The position numbers were made by a program, and so were the translations under genes. The notes under the pieces are model-generated. The model was not told where the DNA came from and made no database searches. It saw only the letters and a list, made by a program, of their open reading frames with translations. Below, piece by piece: positions 9,089 through 17,930 of a DNA stretch of 64,000 nucleotides. Origin of the DNA: an uncultured Actinomycetes bacterium (GTDB lineage: Bacteria > Actinomycetota > UBA4738 > HRBIN12); NCBI GenBank assembly GCA_963728665.1, contig CAVSLG010000021.1, forward strand, positions 7,158 through 71,157. Direction: 5' to 3'. The stretch's first letter is position 1, and the number at the start of each line of letters is the position of its first letter.

Positions 9089-9280
9089 ATGAAGCTCGGT
9101 ACCAAGGCATCGATCCTGATCATCCTGGTCGCGGCGTTCGTGTCGTTCCTGCTCTCGGTGTCGCTGTGGTTCGGGGTCTTCGGCGACCCGGATCGGGAGT
9201 CGGGGATCTTCGTGGGCCTGTGGGTGCCATCGATCCTCGCGCTCGGCGCGCTGCTCAGCCCGAGAGGGGCGGCGCGATGA
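9089..9280 (+). CDS. small two-helix membrane protein
   Basis: GGAAGGAG SD lies 6 nt upstream of the ATG. The product has two hydrophobic helices (ILIILVAAFVSFLLSVSLWF, LWVPSILALGALL). Confidence 0.5.
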   Translation: MKLGTKASILIILVAAFVSFLLSVSLWFGVFGDPDRESGIFVGLWVPSILALGALLSPRGAAR

Positions 9281-9423
9281 CCCCGTTGCTCGCGCTCAGC
9301 GACGGCACGATCTTCGCGATCGGCAGCGTGATCTTCATCGCCGTGTTCACCGCGGCTCTGGGGCTCGCATACGCCCGGTTCGAGGAACTCGGCGAAGACG
9401 ACCGGCGATCCGGGGAGGGCTGA
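9277..9423 (+). CDS. 48-aa single-helix membrane protein, translationally coupled to the previous ORF
   Basis: ATGA start/stop overlap at 9277-9280. Hydrophobic helix IFAIGSVIFIAVFTAALGLAY followed by an acidic tail. It falls below the ORF-track reporting length as a separate start. Confidence 0.45.
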   Translation: MTPLLALSDGTIFAIGSVIFIAVFTAALGLAYARFEELGEDDRRSGEG

Positions 9424-9426
9424 GGC

Positions 9427-10365
9427 ATGCACGTTGCGATCACGGGCGCGAGCGGTCTGATCGGTGGGGCCCTCGCCGAACGGCTCGAGGCCGACGGTCA
9501 TCGGGTGGTCCGGCTCGTGCGCCCGCAGACGTCGCCTCGCGCGGGCGAGGTGATCCGATGGGATCCGGCATCGGGAACGATCGACGCGAGTGGCCTCGAC
9601 GGTGTCGACGCGCTCGTGCACCTCGCCGGGGCCGGCATCGGCGACCGACGGTGGACCGAGGCTCGCAAGCGCGAGATCCTCCGTTCCCGCACCGATGGCA
9701 CCTCGCTGTTGGCGTCGGCGATCGCGGGTCTGCAACGTCCGCCGTCGGTGTTCGTGAGCGGGTCAGCGACCGGCATCTACGGTGACGGGGGCGACCGGGA
9801 GCTGACCGAACAGGCGCCAACGGGCGTCGGGTTCCGGGCCGAGGTCGTGACGGCCTGGGAAGCCGCCGCGCGCCCCGCTGTCGACGGAGGCATCCGGACG
9901 GTCCTCCTGCGCAGCGCGAACGTGCTCACACCCGATGGCGGATTGCTGCCGTTCCTGCTCACGCCCTTCAAGCTCGGCCTGGGAGCGCGGTTCGGTGACG
10001 GTCGGCAGTGGTTCCCCTGGATCACGCTCGACGACGAGCTCGCCGCGATCCGATTCGCGATCGAACACGAGGACCTGCACGGACCGGTGAACGTCGTCGC
10101 TCCCGAGGCCGTCACGAACCGGACCTTCACGAAGACGCTCGGGCGGGTGCTCAACCGCCCGGCGCCGTGGTGGGCCCCGGCTCCGGTGCTTCAGGTGATC
10201 GCCGGATCCGAGCGTGCCCGGGAGGCTCTGCTCTCGAGCGCCAGGGTCGTGCCCGCCGCGCTCCGGGAGGCGGGCTTCGTCTTCGGCGATCCGTCGCTCG
10301 AGCAGGCGCTGGGTCGCGTGCTCTCGAGTTCCGTGGATCGGCTCCCCGTGGCGCGTGAGCCGTGA
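9427..10365 (+). CDS. TIGR01777/YfcH-like NAD-dependent epimerase family protein
   Basis: Rossmann motif VAITGASGLIGGAL. Length and C-terminal DUF1731-like region are consistent with the family. Confidence 0.85.
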   Translation: MHVAITGASGLIGGALAERLEADGHRVVRLVRPQTSPRAGEVIRWDPASGTIDASGLDGVDALVHLAGAGIGDRRWTEARKREILRSRTDGTSLLASAIAGLQRPPSVFVSGSATGIYGDGGDRELTEQAPTGVGFRAEVVTAWEAAARPAVDGGIRTVLLRSANVLTPDGGLLPFLLTPFKLGLGARFGDGRQWFPWITLDDELAAIRFAIEHEDLHGPVNVVAPEAVTNRTFTKTLGRVLNRPAPWWAPAPVLQVIAGSERAREALLSSARVVPAALREAGFVFGDPSLEQALGRVLSSSVDRLPVAREP

Positions 10366-10491
10366 CGCAGCAGGTCATGCTCCCCGTCCTCACTGGCCGC
10401 CGCTCCCATCGCGGTCATGGGGGCTTTCGGAGGCGCGATCGAGTCCGGGAGACGTCGGTTGCGTCCACCGAGTTCTAGGTTTGGGATCGTG

Positions 10492-11253
10492 ATGGGCGAG
10501 ATGCGCGACGGGTTCCCATCGTCGGCGCCCGAGCCGGTCTGTCCGGACCCGGTCCACCGGGCGGTGCTGACGAACCGCTGGCGTTGGCTCACGTACCTGC
10601 ACTGGCCCTACGAGCCAACGGTGGTGCAGACGCTGCTGCCCGACGAGCTCCGTGTCGACACGTTCGAAGGGCGGGCGTGGGTAGGACTGATCCCCTTCCG
10701 GATGCAGGTCGCCGTGCCGGGGCTGCCACCGGTGCCCTACCTGTCGACGTTCCCCGAGACGAACGTGCGCACCTACGTCGTGGGCCCCGACGGCAAGCCA
10801 GGTGTGTGGTTCTTCTCGCTCGACGCCTCGCGTCTGCCGGCGGTGCTGGTGGCCAGGGGCTGGTTCGGACTGGAGTACCGGTGGGCGACGATGGACATCG
10901 AGCGCGAGGGCCCGCGGGTGCGCTACACGAGCGTGCGACGGGAAGGCACGAGCGCGAGCAGCTCCGTCGAGGTCGACGTCGGCGATCCGCTCGCCCCGGA
11001 GGACGTGACCGATCTCGACCACTTCCTGGTCTCGCGGTGGCGCCTGTACTCGAGAGGACGGCGTGGCTTGATGCTCGGTCGCATCGATCACGTGCCGTGG
11101 GCCCTGCGGTCGGCGGGTCTCGTCGACGTGCGGGAGGACCTGCTCCGGGCGGCAGGGTTACCGGATCCCGCGTCGGCACCCCTCGTGCGATACGCCCCCG
11201 GAGTGGACGTGCGGATCGCGCCGCCGGCCCGCCTGGGAACGGGTGCGCGCTGA
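10492..11253 (+). CDS. DUF2071 (YqjF-like) family protein
   Basis: WRWLTYLHWPYEP, AWVGLIPFRM and FPETNVRTYV are characteristic. The start is ambiguous between 10417 and 10492. Confidence 0.7.
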   Translation: MGEMRDGFPSSAPEPVCPDPVHRAVLTNRWRWLTYLHWPYEPTVVQTLLPDELRVDTFEGRAWVGLIPFRMQVAVPGLPPVPYLSTFPETNVRTYVVGPDGKPGVWFFSLDASRLPAVLVARGWFGLEYRWATMDIEREGPRVRYTSVRREGTSASSSVEVDVGDPLAPEDVTDLDHFLVSRWRLYSRGRRGLMLGRIDHVPWALRSAGLVDVREDLLRAAGLPDPASAPLVRYAPGVDVRIAPPARLGTGAR

Positions 11254-12683
11254 GTCCCGAGCTCGACGCCGTCGTCGTGGGCGGGGGCCCGAATGGCCTC
11301 GCGGCGGCGATCCGCCTGGCCGGCGCGGGGCGGCAGGTGCTGCTGGTCGAGGCCGAGGCCACGATCGGCGGCGGGTGCCGGTCCGCGGAGCTCACGCTGC
11401 CCGGCCACGTGCACGACGTCTGCGCCGCCGTCATGCCCCTGGGCGCCGGGTCGCCATTCCTGCGTCGGTTGCCGCTCGAGGATCACGGACTGGAGTGGAT
11501 CCAGCCGCCCGTGCCCGCCGGGCATCCCCTCGACGATGGCAGCGCGTCGCTGCTGCGCCGCTCGGTCGAGGCCACTGCCGCCGGTCTCGGCCGCGATGCC
11601 GGCGCCTACCGCCGGCTCGTCGGTCCGCTCGTGGCACGGTGGCGTGACCTCGCGGAGGCCTCGCTCGGTCCTGTGAGCGAAGGGGTACGCCACCCGCTGG
11701 TGATGACCCGGTTCGGCGTGCCCGGCGTGCTCGATGCGACGCGACTCGCCACGACGGCGTTCCGGGACGAGCGGGCGAGAGCGCTGTTCGCGGGCATGGC
11801 AGGGCACTCGATGCTGCCGCTCTCGCGGCCGTTCACGGCGGCGTTCGGGCTGATGCTATCGGCGAGCGGTCATGCCGAGGGATGGCCGATCCCTCGTGGC
11901 GGCGCGTCGCACCTCGTCGACGCCATGGCGTCCTACCTCACCTCGATCGGTGGCCGCATCGAGACCGGCCGGTCCATCGCATCCCTGGCCGAGCTGCCCA
12001 GCTCGAAGGTCATCCTGCTCGACCTGGACCCGGGCCAGGTGGCTCGCCTCGCGCGCGACCGCCTGCCCGAAAGGTACCTGCGGGGACTGCGCCGCTTCCG
12101 CCACGGTCCGGCGGCCTTCAAGCTCGACCTCGCGATCGACGGCCCGATCCCGTGGGCGGCCGAGGAGCTGCGTGAGGCCGGCACGGTGCATCTGGGCGGC
12201 ACCATGGCGGAGATCGCCGCGGGCGAGGCCGCCGTCGCGCGGGGGAACCACCCGCATCGGCCATACGTGCTGCTCGCCCAGCAGAGCCTGTTCGATGCGA
12301 CCCGTGCACCCGAGGGACGGCACACCGTCTGGGCGTACTGTCACGTGCCGGCTGCCTCGACGGTCGACATGACGGAGCGCATCGAAACCCAGATCGCACG
12401 CTTCGCCCCGGGGTTCCGCGAGCGCATCGTCGCTCGCCACGTCACCGGCCCCGCCGACTACGCGCGCTACAACCGGAACTACGTGGGCGGCGACATCTCC
12501 GGCGGAGCGCACGACGGCCTGCAGCTGTTCGCCCGCCCGATGCTCCGGCCGGTGCCCTACGCCACCCCGGCGCCCGACCTGTTCATCTGCTCGGCGTCGA
12601 CCCCCCCCGGCGGCGGCGTGCACGGGATGTGCGGCTTCCATGCCGCCGGCGCGGCGCTCAGGCGACTGCGCAGGGTCCGATGA
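11250..12683 (+). CDS. phytoene-desaturase-family NAD(P)/FAD-dependent oxidoreductase (start uncertain)
   Basis: Dinucleotide-binding motif DAVVVGGGPNGLAAAIRLAGAG sits right at the stop of the preceding gene. No in-frame ATG, GTG or TTG occurs just upstream. The long ORF-track N-terminal extension lies in the alternative frame of the DUF2071 gene. Confidence 0.75.
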   Translation: MSPELDAVVVGGGPNGLAAAIRLAGAGRQVLLVEAEATIGGGCRSAELTLPGHVHDVCAAVMPLGAGSPFLRRLPLEDHGLEWIQPPVPAGHPLDDGSASLLRRSVEATAAGLGRDAGAYRRLVGPLVARWRDLAEASLGPVSEGVRHPLVMTRFGVPGVLDATRLATTAFRDERARALFAGMAGHSMLPLSRPFTAAFGLMLSASGHAEGWPIPRGGASHLVDAMASYLTSIGGRIETGRSIASLAELPSSKVILLDLDPGQVARLARDRLPERYLRGLRRFRHGPAAFKLDLAIDGPIPWAAEELREAGTVHLGGTMAEIAAGEAAVARGNHPHRPYVLLAQQSLFDATRAPEGRHTVWAYCHVPAASTVDMTERIETQIARFAPGFRERIVARHVTGPADYARYNRNYVGGDISGGAHDGLQLFARPMLRPVPYATPAPDLFICSASTPPGGGVHGMCGFHAAGAALRRLRRVR

Positions 12684-12916
12684 CACCGGCGACCGGCCGG
12701 TCTCCGGTCACGACATGTACACCGGTTCAGATCGCGGGCGTCGACCGCGAGCTCGATCTCATCGTCGTCGAGGCTGCGACCCAGGCCGAGGTCACGAGCT
12801 TCCTTGGCCACGCGGATCGCGGTGCAGCACGAGACCTTCGGCAGCGTCGATTGCGCGGGATAGAGCGACCCGCGCTCTCACCCCCTGGATGCTCGGTGCG
12901 CCGACCGACCCTCACG

Positions 12917-12937
12917 GCCTGCCGGCCCCCGGCAGGC
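12917..12937. terminator. GC-rich hairpin in intergenic region
   Basis: GCCTGCCGG-ccc-CCGGCAGGC, a 9-bp perfect stem with a 3-nt loop and no U tract. Confidence 0.3.
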
Positions 12938-13037
12938 GGGCCGGACGGCCTCGGGGATCAGTAGCGCGGAACCTCCACACTCCCGGCCACGCACGGCGCC
13001 GGCTCCGCGGCGTACGGGAGCGGATACGCTTCGGAGC

Positions 13038-14114
13038 ATGATGCCCGTGCGCGGCCGGTCATGGCCCTCGATCCGCGTCGCGATGCTCGCGCCGATCTCC
13101 TGGCGCGTGCCGCCTCGCCACTACGGGCCGTGGGAGCAGTTCGTCTCGTTGCTGACGGAGGGCCTCGTGGGGCGCGGTGTCGATGTCACCCTGTTCGCGA
13201 CGGCCGACTCCGTGACCTCCGCGCGCCTCGTCGGCACCGCACCCACGGGCTACTCCGAGGACGATCGGCTCGACGCCAAGGTCTGGGAAGGCCTGCACAT
13301 CGCCTCGGTGTTCGAGCGGGCCCATGAGTTCGACCTGATCCACAACAACTTCGACTTCCTGCCGCTCACGTACAGCGCGCTCGTCGAGACGCCGGTCGTG
13401 ACCACGATCCACGGGTTCTCGTCCGAACGCATCGTGCCGGTGTTCGAGCGCTACGCCGCCCGCAGCCACTACGTCGCGATCAGCGATGCCGACCGGCACC
13501 CCAGCCTCGACTACGCCGCGACGATCCACCACGGCATCGACACAGGGCGATTCCCGCTCGGCGAGACGCCCGCGGACTCGCTGCTGTTCTTCGGCCGGAT
13601 CCATCCCGACAAGGGCGTCGAGGAAGCGATCGAGGTCGCCGCGCGCGCCGGCATGCAGCTCACGATCGCAGGCATCGTGCAGGATGCCGTCTACTTCGAG
13701 GAACGCGTGCGGCCGCACATCGACGGGGAGCGCGTCACATACGTCGGTTCCGTCGGTCCGGAAGAGCGCGGGGAGCTGCTCGGCAACGCGACGGCGATGC
13801 TGCACTTGATCAACTTCGAGGAACCGTTCGGCTTCAGCGTCGTCGAGTCGATGGCCTGCGGCACGCCCGTGATCGCCCGTCGTCGCGGTTCGATGCCCGA
13901 GATCGTGAGTCACGGGAAGAACGGGGCGCTCGTCGACACGCTCGACGAGGCGGTCCGCGCGATCGACGACGTTCGGGGGCTGAACCGCGCTACCGTGCGT
14001 GCCTCGGTCGAGTACCGGTTCGACGTGTCCCGCATGGTCGACGAGTACCTCGCGCTCTACCGTCGCATCGTCGATCCGAACCGGACGTTGAGCCCTCTCC
14101 GCCGTGCCAGCTGA
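13038..14114 (+). CDS. glycosyltransferase family 4
   Basis: GT-B fold / GT4 signatures: FFGRIHPDKG and EPFGFSVVESMACGTPVIA...GSMPEIV. Confidence 0.85.
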   Translation: MMPVRGRSWPSIRVAMLAPISWRVPPRHYGPWEQFVSLLTEGLVGRGVDVTLFATADSVTSARLVGTAPTGYSEDDRLDAKVWEGLHIASVFERAHEFDLIHNNFDFLPLTYSALVETPVVTTIHGFSSERIVPVFERYAARSHYVAISDADRHPSLDYAATIHHGIDTGRFPLGETPADSLLFFGRIHPDKGVEEAIEVAARAGMQLTIAGIVQDAVYFEERVRPHIDGERVTYVGSVGPEERGELLGNATAMLHLINFEEPFGFSVVESMACGTPVIARRRGSMPEIVSHGKNGALVDTLDEAVRAIDDVRGLNRATVRASVEYRFDVSRMVDEYLALYRRIVDPNRTLSPLRRAS

Positions 14115-15303
14115 TCCCCTGCGCGAGACGTTCCGTCTCGGTGTCAACTATTGGCCGGCTCGCACCGCGATGGCCTGGTGGTCGAGGTTCGACGCCGGTG
14201 AGGTGGCAAGAGACTTCGACCGCATCGCCGTGAGCGGCATGGATTCGATCCGGCTGTTCCTGCGCTGGGAGGACTTCCAGCCCCAACCCGACCGTGTGGA
14301 CCGCGACATGCTCCGACGACTGGTCACGGTCGCCGGCATCGCTGCCGGCGCCGGGCTCGCGCTGGTGCCCACGTTGTTCACGGGACACATGAGCGGTGTG
14401 AACTGGATCCCCGACTGGGCGCTGGGCGGGGACGAGCGCGACGCCCGGTTCCGGGTGGTGAGCGGGGCACGGGTCGTCGCAGGCGGAATCCGCAACTGGT
14501 ACGTCGATCCCGATGTCGCGCAGGCGCAGGCGTCGTTGGCGGTCGAGGCGGCGACCGCGCTCGCAGGACACGACGCGCTCTTGGCCTGGGACCTGGGCAA
14601 CGAGCCATCGAACTGCGTGATGCCGCCCGATCGCGAACGTGGCCGTCGGTGGCTGGAGCTGATCGCCTCGGCGATCCGCGTCGCGGATGACGCCGCCCAG
14701 ATCACGATCGGCCTGCACATGGAGGACCTGGAGCAGGATCGGAACCTGGGACCGCACGAGGCCGCCGAGGTGTGCGACTTCCTCACGATGCACGGATACC
14801 CGATCTACGCGCCGTGGGCCGACGGTGAGACCGACGAGCACCTCGTGCCGTTCTTGGCGGCCGTGACGCGCTGGCTCGGCGGTGGTGCCGAGGTGCTGTT
14901 CTCCGAGTTCGGGCTGCCGACGTTCCGGGGTGAGGCGCGCACGCCGATGCTGGTGGCTGAGGACGATGCGGCTCGGTACACCGCTCGCGTGCTCGACGGG
15001 CTGCGTCACGAGGGATGCGCGGGTGCATTGGTGTGGTGCCACGCCGACTACGCGCCGGCGATCTGGGAGGAGCCGCCCCTGGACGACGCGACGCACGAAC
15101 GTTCCTTCGGGATGTGGCGAGCGGACGGATCGGCGAAGCCGGCCCTGGCGGAGCTCTCGTCGTTCGCAGGTCGGTCACGGCTCGGCGCTCCCATCGACGA
15201 CTGGATCGATGTCGGCCGGGAGGCCTACTGGCAGGATCCGAGGGCCGCGCTGGTGCACCTGTACGGGCGCTACCGCGAGCGCGTCACTGCCGTGCGCGGG
15301 TGA
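14104..15303 (+). CDS. glycoside hydrolase family 5-like (cellulase superfamily), no signal peptide
   Basis: GVNYWP, MDSIRLFLRWEDFQP and WDLGNEPSN (the conserved NEP acid/base motif). GTG start lies 11 nt inside the GT4 gene. Confidence 0.7.
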   Translation: MPADPLRETFRLGVNYWPARTAMAWWSRFDAGEVARDFDRIAVSGMDSIRLFLRWEDFQPQPDRVDRDMLRRLVTVAGIAAGAGLALVPTLFTGHMSGVNWIPDWALGGDERDARFRVVSGARVVAGGIRNWYVDPDVAQAQASLAVEAATALAGHDALLAWDLGNEPSNCVMPPDRERGRRWLELIASAIRVADDAAQITIGLHMEDLEQDRNLGPHEAAEVCDFLTMHGYPIYAPWADGETDEHLVPFLAAVTRWLGGGAEVLFSEFGLPTFRGEARTPMLVAEDDAARYTARVLDGLRHEGCAGALVWCHADYAPAIWEEPPLDDATHERSFGMWRADGSAKPALAELSSFAGRSRLGAPIDDWIDVGREAYWQDPRAALVHLYGRYRERVTAVRG

Positions 15304-15968
15304 GAGATGCACCCCTGCTGCGAGGCAGGACCCCGATCCGGCTCGTCGCGCTGTTCGCCGGTCTGTTGCTGATCGCCGTGGCGATCGTTTCGATGCTCGA
15401 GTCGCAGCTCGGCGTGCCGCCGTGGGACGTGCTGCACATGGGCATCGCGGCACACACGCCGCTGACGCTCGGGACCGCGGCCGTCGTCGTGGGCCTCGCG
15501 ATCGTGGCGATCGCCTGGGTCGGGGGCGCGCCGCCCGGCGTCGGCACGATCGCCAACGCGGTGGTGATCGGACTCGCGATCGACGTGCTCAGCACGATCG
15601 GGTGGGTCGAACGTCTCTCGGAGAACCAGCTGATCCTGCGTGTGGGGCTCGTCGGGTTCGGCATCTGGCTGTTCGGGATCGGCTCGGCGCTCTACATCGG
15701 AGCCGGCATGGGCGCGGGGCCCCGCGATTCCTTCATGCTCGCGCTCACGCGGCGCACCGGCTGGCGCATCGGGCTCGTGCGCGGCGCGATCGAGGTGGCG
15801 GTGCTCGTGGCCGGCCTGTTGCTCGGTGGCGTCGCGGGCATCGGCACGCTGGCGCTCGCAGTGCTCGTCGGACCCTCGGTCGAGCTCTCGTTCTGGCTGT
15901 TGCTGCGGCTCGGCTTGGCCGATCCGCGCGTCCATGCGCCGGAGTTCGGCCCCCTCGACATCGCCTGA
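15300..15968 (+). CDS. YczE/YitT-like integral membrane protein
   Basis: GTGA start/stop overlap with the GH5 gene. The product has six hydrophobic segments, with PWDVLHMGI and GAGPRDSFMLAL motifs. Confidence 0.7.
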   Translation: MRDAPLLRGRTPIRLVALFAGLLLIAVAIVSMLESQLGVPPWDVLHMGIAAHTPLTLGTAAVVVGLAIVAIAWVGGAPPGVGTIANAVVIGLAIDVLSTIGWVERLSENQLILRVGLVGFGIWLFGIGSALYIGAGMGAGPRDSFMLALTRRTGWRIGLVRGAIEVAVLVAGLLLGGVAGIGTLALAVLVGPSVELSFWLLLRLGLADPRVHAPEFGPLDIA

Positions 15969-16047
15969 TGATCCTCGGCCACGGATGGGTCTCGGATCCC
16001 AGCCCGTTGGACGGACGGCCGTACCCTGGCATTGGGAGGTGTGGATC

Positions 16048-17130
16048 GTGCCGGCCGCCGAGACCGCGCATCCGACGAGGTGGTGGCATCGCCTCGATGA
16101 CGGGCGGATCCGCTGCGATGTGTGTCCGCGCGCGTGCGCCTTACACGAGGGGCAGCGAGGACTCTGCTTCGTGCGCCAGCGCGAGGGCGACACGATCGTG
16201 CTGACGACCTACGGGCGCTCCTCGGGCTTCTGCGTCGATCCGATCGAGAAGAAGCCGCTGAACCACTTCCTGCCGGGGACCCCGGTGCTCTCGTTCGGCA
16301 CTGCCGGGTGCAACCTCGCGTGCCGGTTCTGTCAGAACTGGGACATCTCGAAGTCCCGCGACGTCGACACGCTCGCTCACGAGGCATCGCCCGAGGCGCT
16401 CGCCGAGGCGGCCGTCCGTCTCGGGTGCCGGTCCGTGGCCTTCACTTACAACGACCCGGTGATCTTCCTCGAGTACGCGATCGACGTGGCCGACGCCTGC
16501 CGCGAGCGCGGCGTGCGGGCGGTCGCGGTCACCGCCGGCTACGTGAACGCGGAGCCCGGCCGGGAGTTCTTCAGCCACATGGATGCCGCCAACGTCGACA
16601 TGAAGGGGTTCACCGAGGCCTTCTACCACCGGGTCTGCGCGGGACACCTCGCGCCCGTGCTGGCCACGCTCGAGCATCTCGCGCACGAGACCCGGGTGTG
16701 GTTCGAGCTCACGACGCTGCTGATCCCCGGGTTGAACGACTCCGACGACGAGCTCGAGAAGATGACGCGCTGGGTCGTCGTCCACCTCGGGCGCGATGTG
16801 CCGATGCACTTCACCGCGTACCACCCCGACTGGAAGATGCTCGACCGGCCGACGACCCCGGCCGAGACGCTGCGGCGTGCCCGTCGCATCGCGATCGACA
16901 ACGGCGTGCGGTACGCCTACACGGGCAACGTGATCGACCCCGTCGGCCAGACCACACGGTGCGCGGGCTGCGGCGCCGACCTGATCGTGCGTCGGGGATA
17001 CGAGATCACGGGCTGGAACCTCGGGGCGGGCGGACGATGCGGCTCGTGCGGCCTGCCGTGCGCAGGGGTGTTCGAGACCCAGCCCGGCACGTGGGGCGAG
17101 CGCCGGCTGCCGGTGCGCCTGGAGGTGTGA
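16048..17130 (+). CDS. amrS: AmmeMemoRadiSam system radical SAM enzyme
   Basis: CNLACRFCQNWDIS is the CxxxCxxC radical SAM cluster. Also CDVCPRAC, DPIEKKPLNHF and a C-terminal CAGCG...CGSCG. GGGAGG SD lies upstream of the GTG at 16048. Confidence 0.85.
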   Translation: MPAAETAHPTRWWHRLDDGRIRCDVCPRACALHEGQRGLCFVRQREGDTIVLTTYGRSSGFCVDPIEKKPLNHFLPGTPVLSFGTAGCNLACRFCQNWDISKSRDVDTLAHEASPEALAEAAVRLGCRSVAFTYNDPVIFLEYAIDVADACRERGVRAVAVTAGYVNAEPGREFFSHMDAANVDMKGFTEAFYHRVCAGHLAPVLATLEHLAHETRVWFELTTLLIPGLNDSDDELEKMTRWVVVHLGRDVPMHFTAYHPDWKMLDRPTTPAETLRRARRIAIDNGVRYAYTGNVIDPVGQTTRCAGCGADLIVRRGYEITGWNLGAGGRCGSCGLPCAGVFETQPGTWGERRLPVRLEV

Positions 17131-17135
17131 GGCCG

Positions 17136-17930
17136 ATGACGATCGGTGCGATGCGGACAGCGGTCGCGGCCGGAGCGTTTTATCCGGGGGAGCGGACACC
17201 GCTCATCCACACGGTGGACCGCCTGCTCGGTGCGACGCGTCGGTGGACGGGCGCGCGGCCCTGGGGCATCGTCGTGCCGCATGCGGGATACCGGTACTCG
17301 GGTCCGGTGGCGGCGAGTGCCTACGCCGCGGTCCTGGCGGGCCGTGAGGCGATCGCTCGCATCGTGGTGATCGGACCGGCGCACTTCGTTCCGCTGGCTG
17401 GATGCGCCGTGCCGTCGGCGGGTGCGTGGCGAACGCCGCTCGGCGACGCATCGCTCGACACGGAGCTTCGGGAGGTCGCGATCAGGGCCGGGTGCGGCGT
17501 CGACGACGGCCCCCACACCTCGGAGCACTCGCTGGAGGTGCAGCTGCCGTTCCTGCAGCGGGTGCTGGGGAAGCGGCTCCGGTTCCTGCCGGTCGCGATC
17601 GGGCAGGCGCCCGCCGACGACGTCGCGGCGGTGCTCTCGGACCTCGCGGGGCACGCCGACCTCGTGGTCGTGAGCACCGACCTCAGCCACTACCACGACG
17701 TCGTCACGGCCCGGTTGCTGGATCGCCGCACCGCCGATGCGGTGCAGGCCCTCGACGCCGACGCGATCGGCCCTTCCGACGCATGCGGCGTCTTCGCCCT
17801 GCGCGGCGCCGTGTCGTTCGCGCGCCGGGCCGGCATGTCGATCCGCCTGCTCGACCTGCGGACCTCGGGCGACACGGCCGGCGACCCCCACCGCGTGGTC
17901 GGCTACGGTGCGTTCGCGATCCAACGCTGA
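17136..17930 (+). CDS. amrB: AmmeMemoRadiSam system protein B (Memo-like)
   Basis: AGAFYPG, VVPHAGYRYSG, EHSLEVQLPFLQ and TDLSHYH match the Memo/AmrB signature. Confidence 0.85.
   Translation: MTIGAMRTAVAAGAFYPGERTPLIHTVDRLLGATRRWTGARPWGIVVPHAGYRYSGPVAASAYAAVLAGREAIARIVVIGPAHFVPLAGCAVPSAGAWRTPLGDASLDTELREVAIRAGCGVDDGPHTSEHSLEVQLPFLQRVLGKRLRFLPVAIGQAPADDVAAVLSDLAGHADLVVVSTDLSHYHDVVTARLLDRRTADAVQALDADAIGPSDACGVFALRGAVSFARRAGMSIRLLDLRTSGDTAGDPHRVVGYGAFAIQR

Noticed and set aside
10584-11249. N-terminal extensions of ORF-track entries: 10584..12683, 15015..15968, 15640..17130, 16122..17930, 39095..43288, 28122..31151 and 36779..38161.
   Set aside because: The upstream parts are Arg-rich alternative frames of the preceding genes. 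Family motifs, SD sequences or start/stop overlaps indicate the shorter starts given in the features.
12684-13037. A minus-strand reading ..TLPKVSCCTAIRVAKEARDLGLGRSLDDDEIELAVDARDLN.., considered as an HTH/antitoxin or transposase remnant.
   Set aside because: There is no start codon context and no recognisable family motif. It is short and flanked by junk frames. I cannot support it as a gene or a mobile-element scar.
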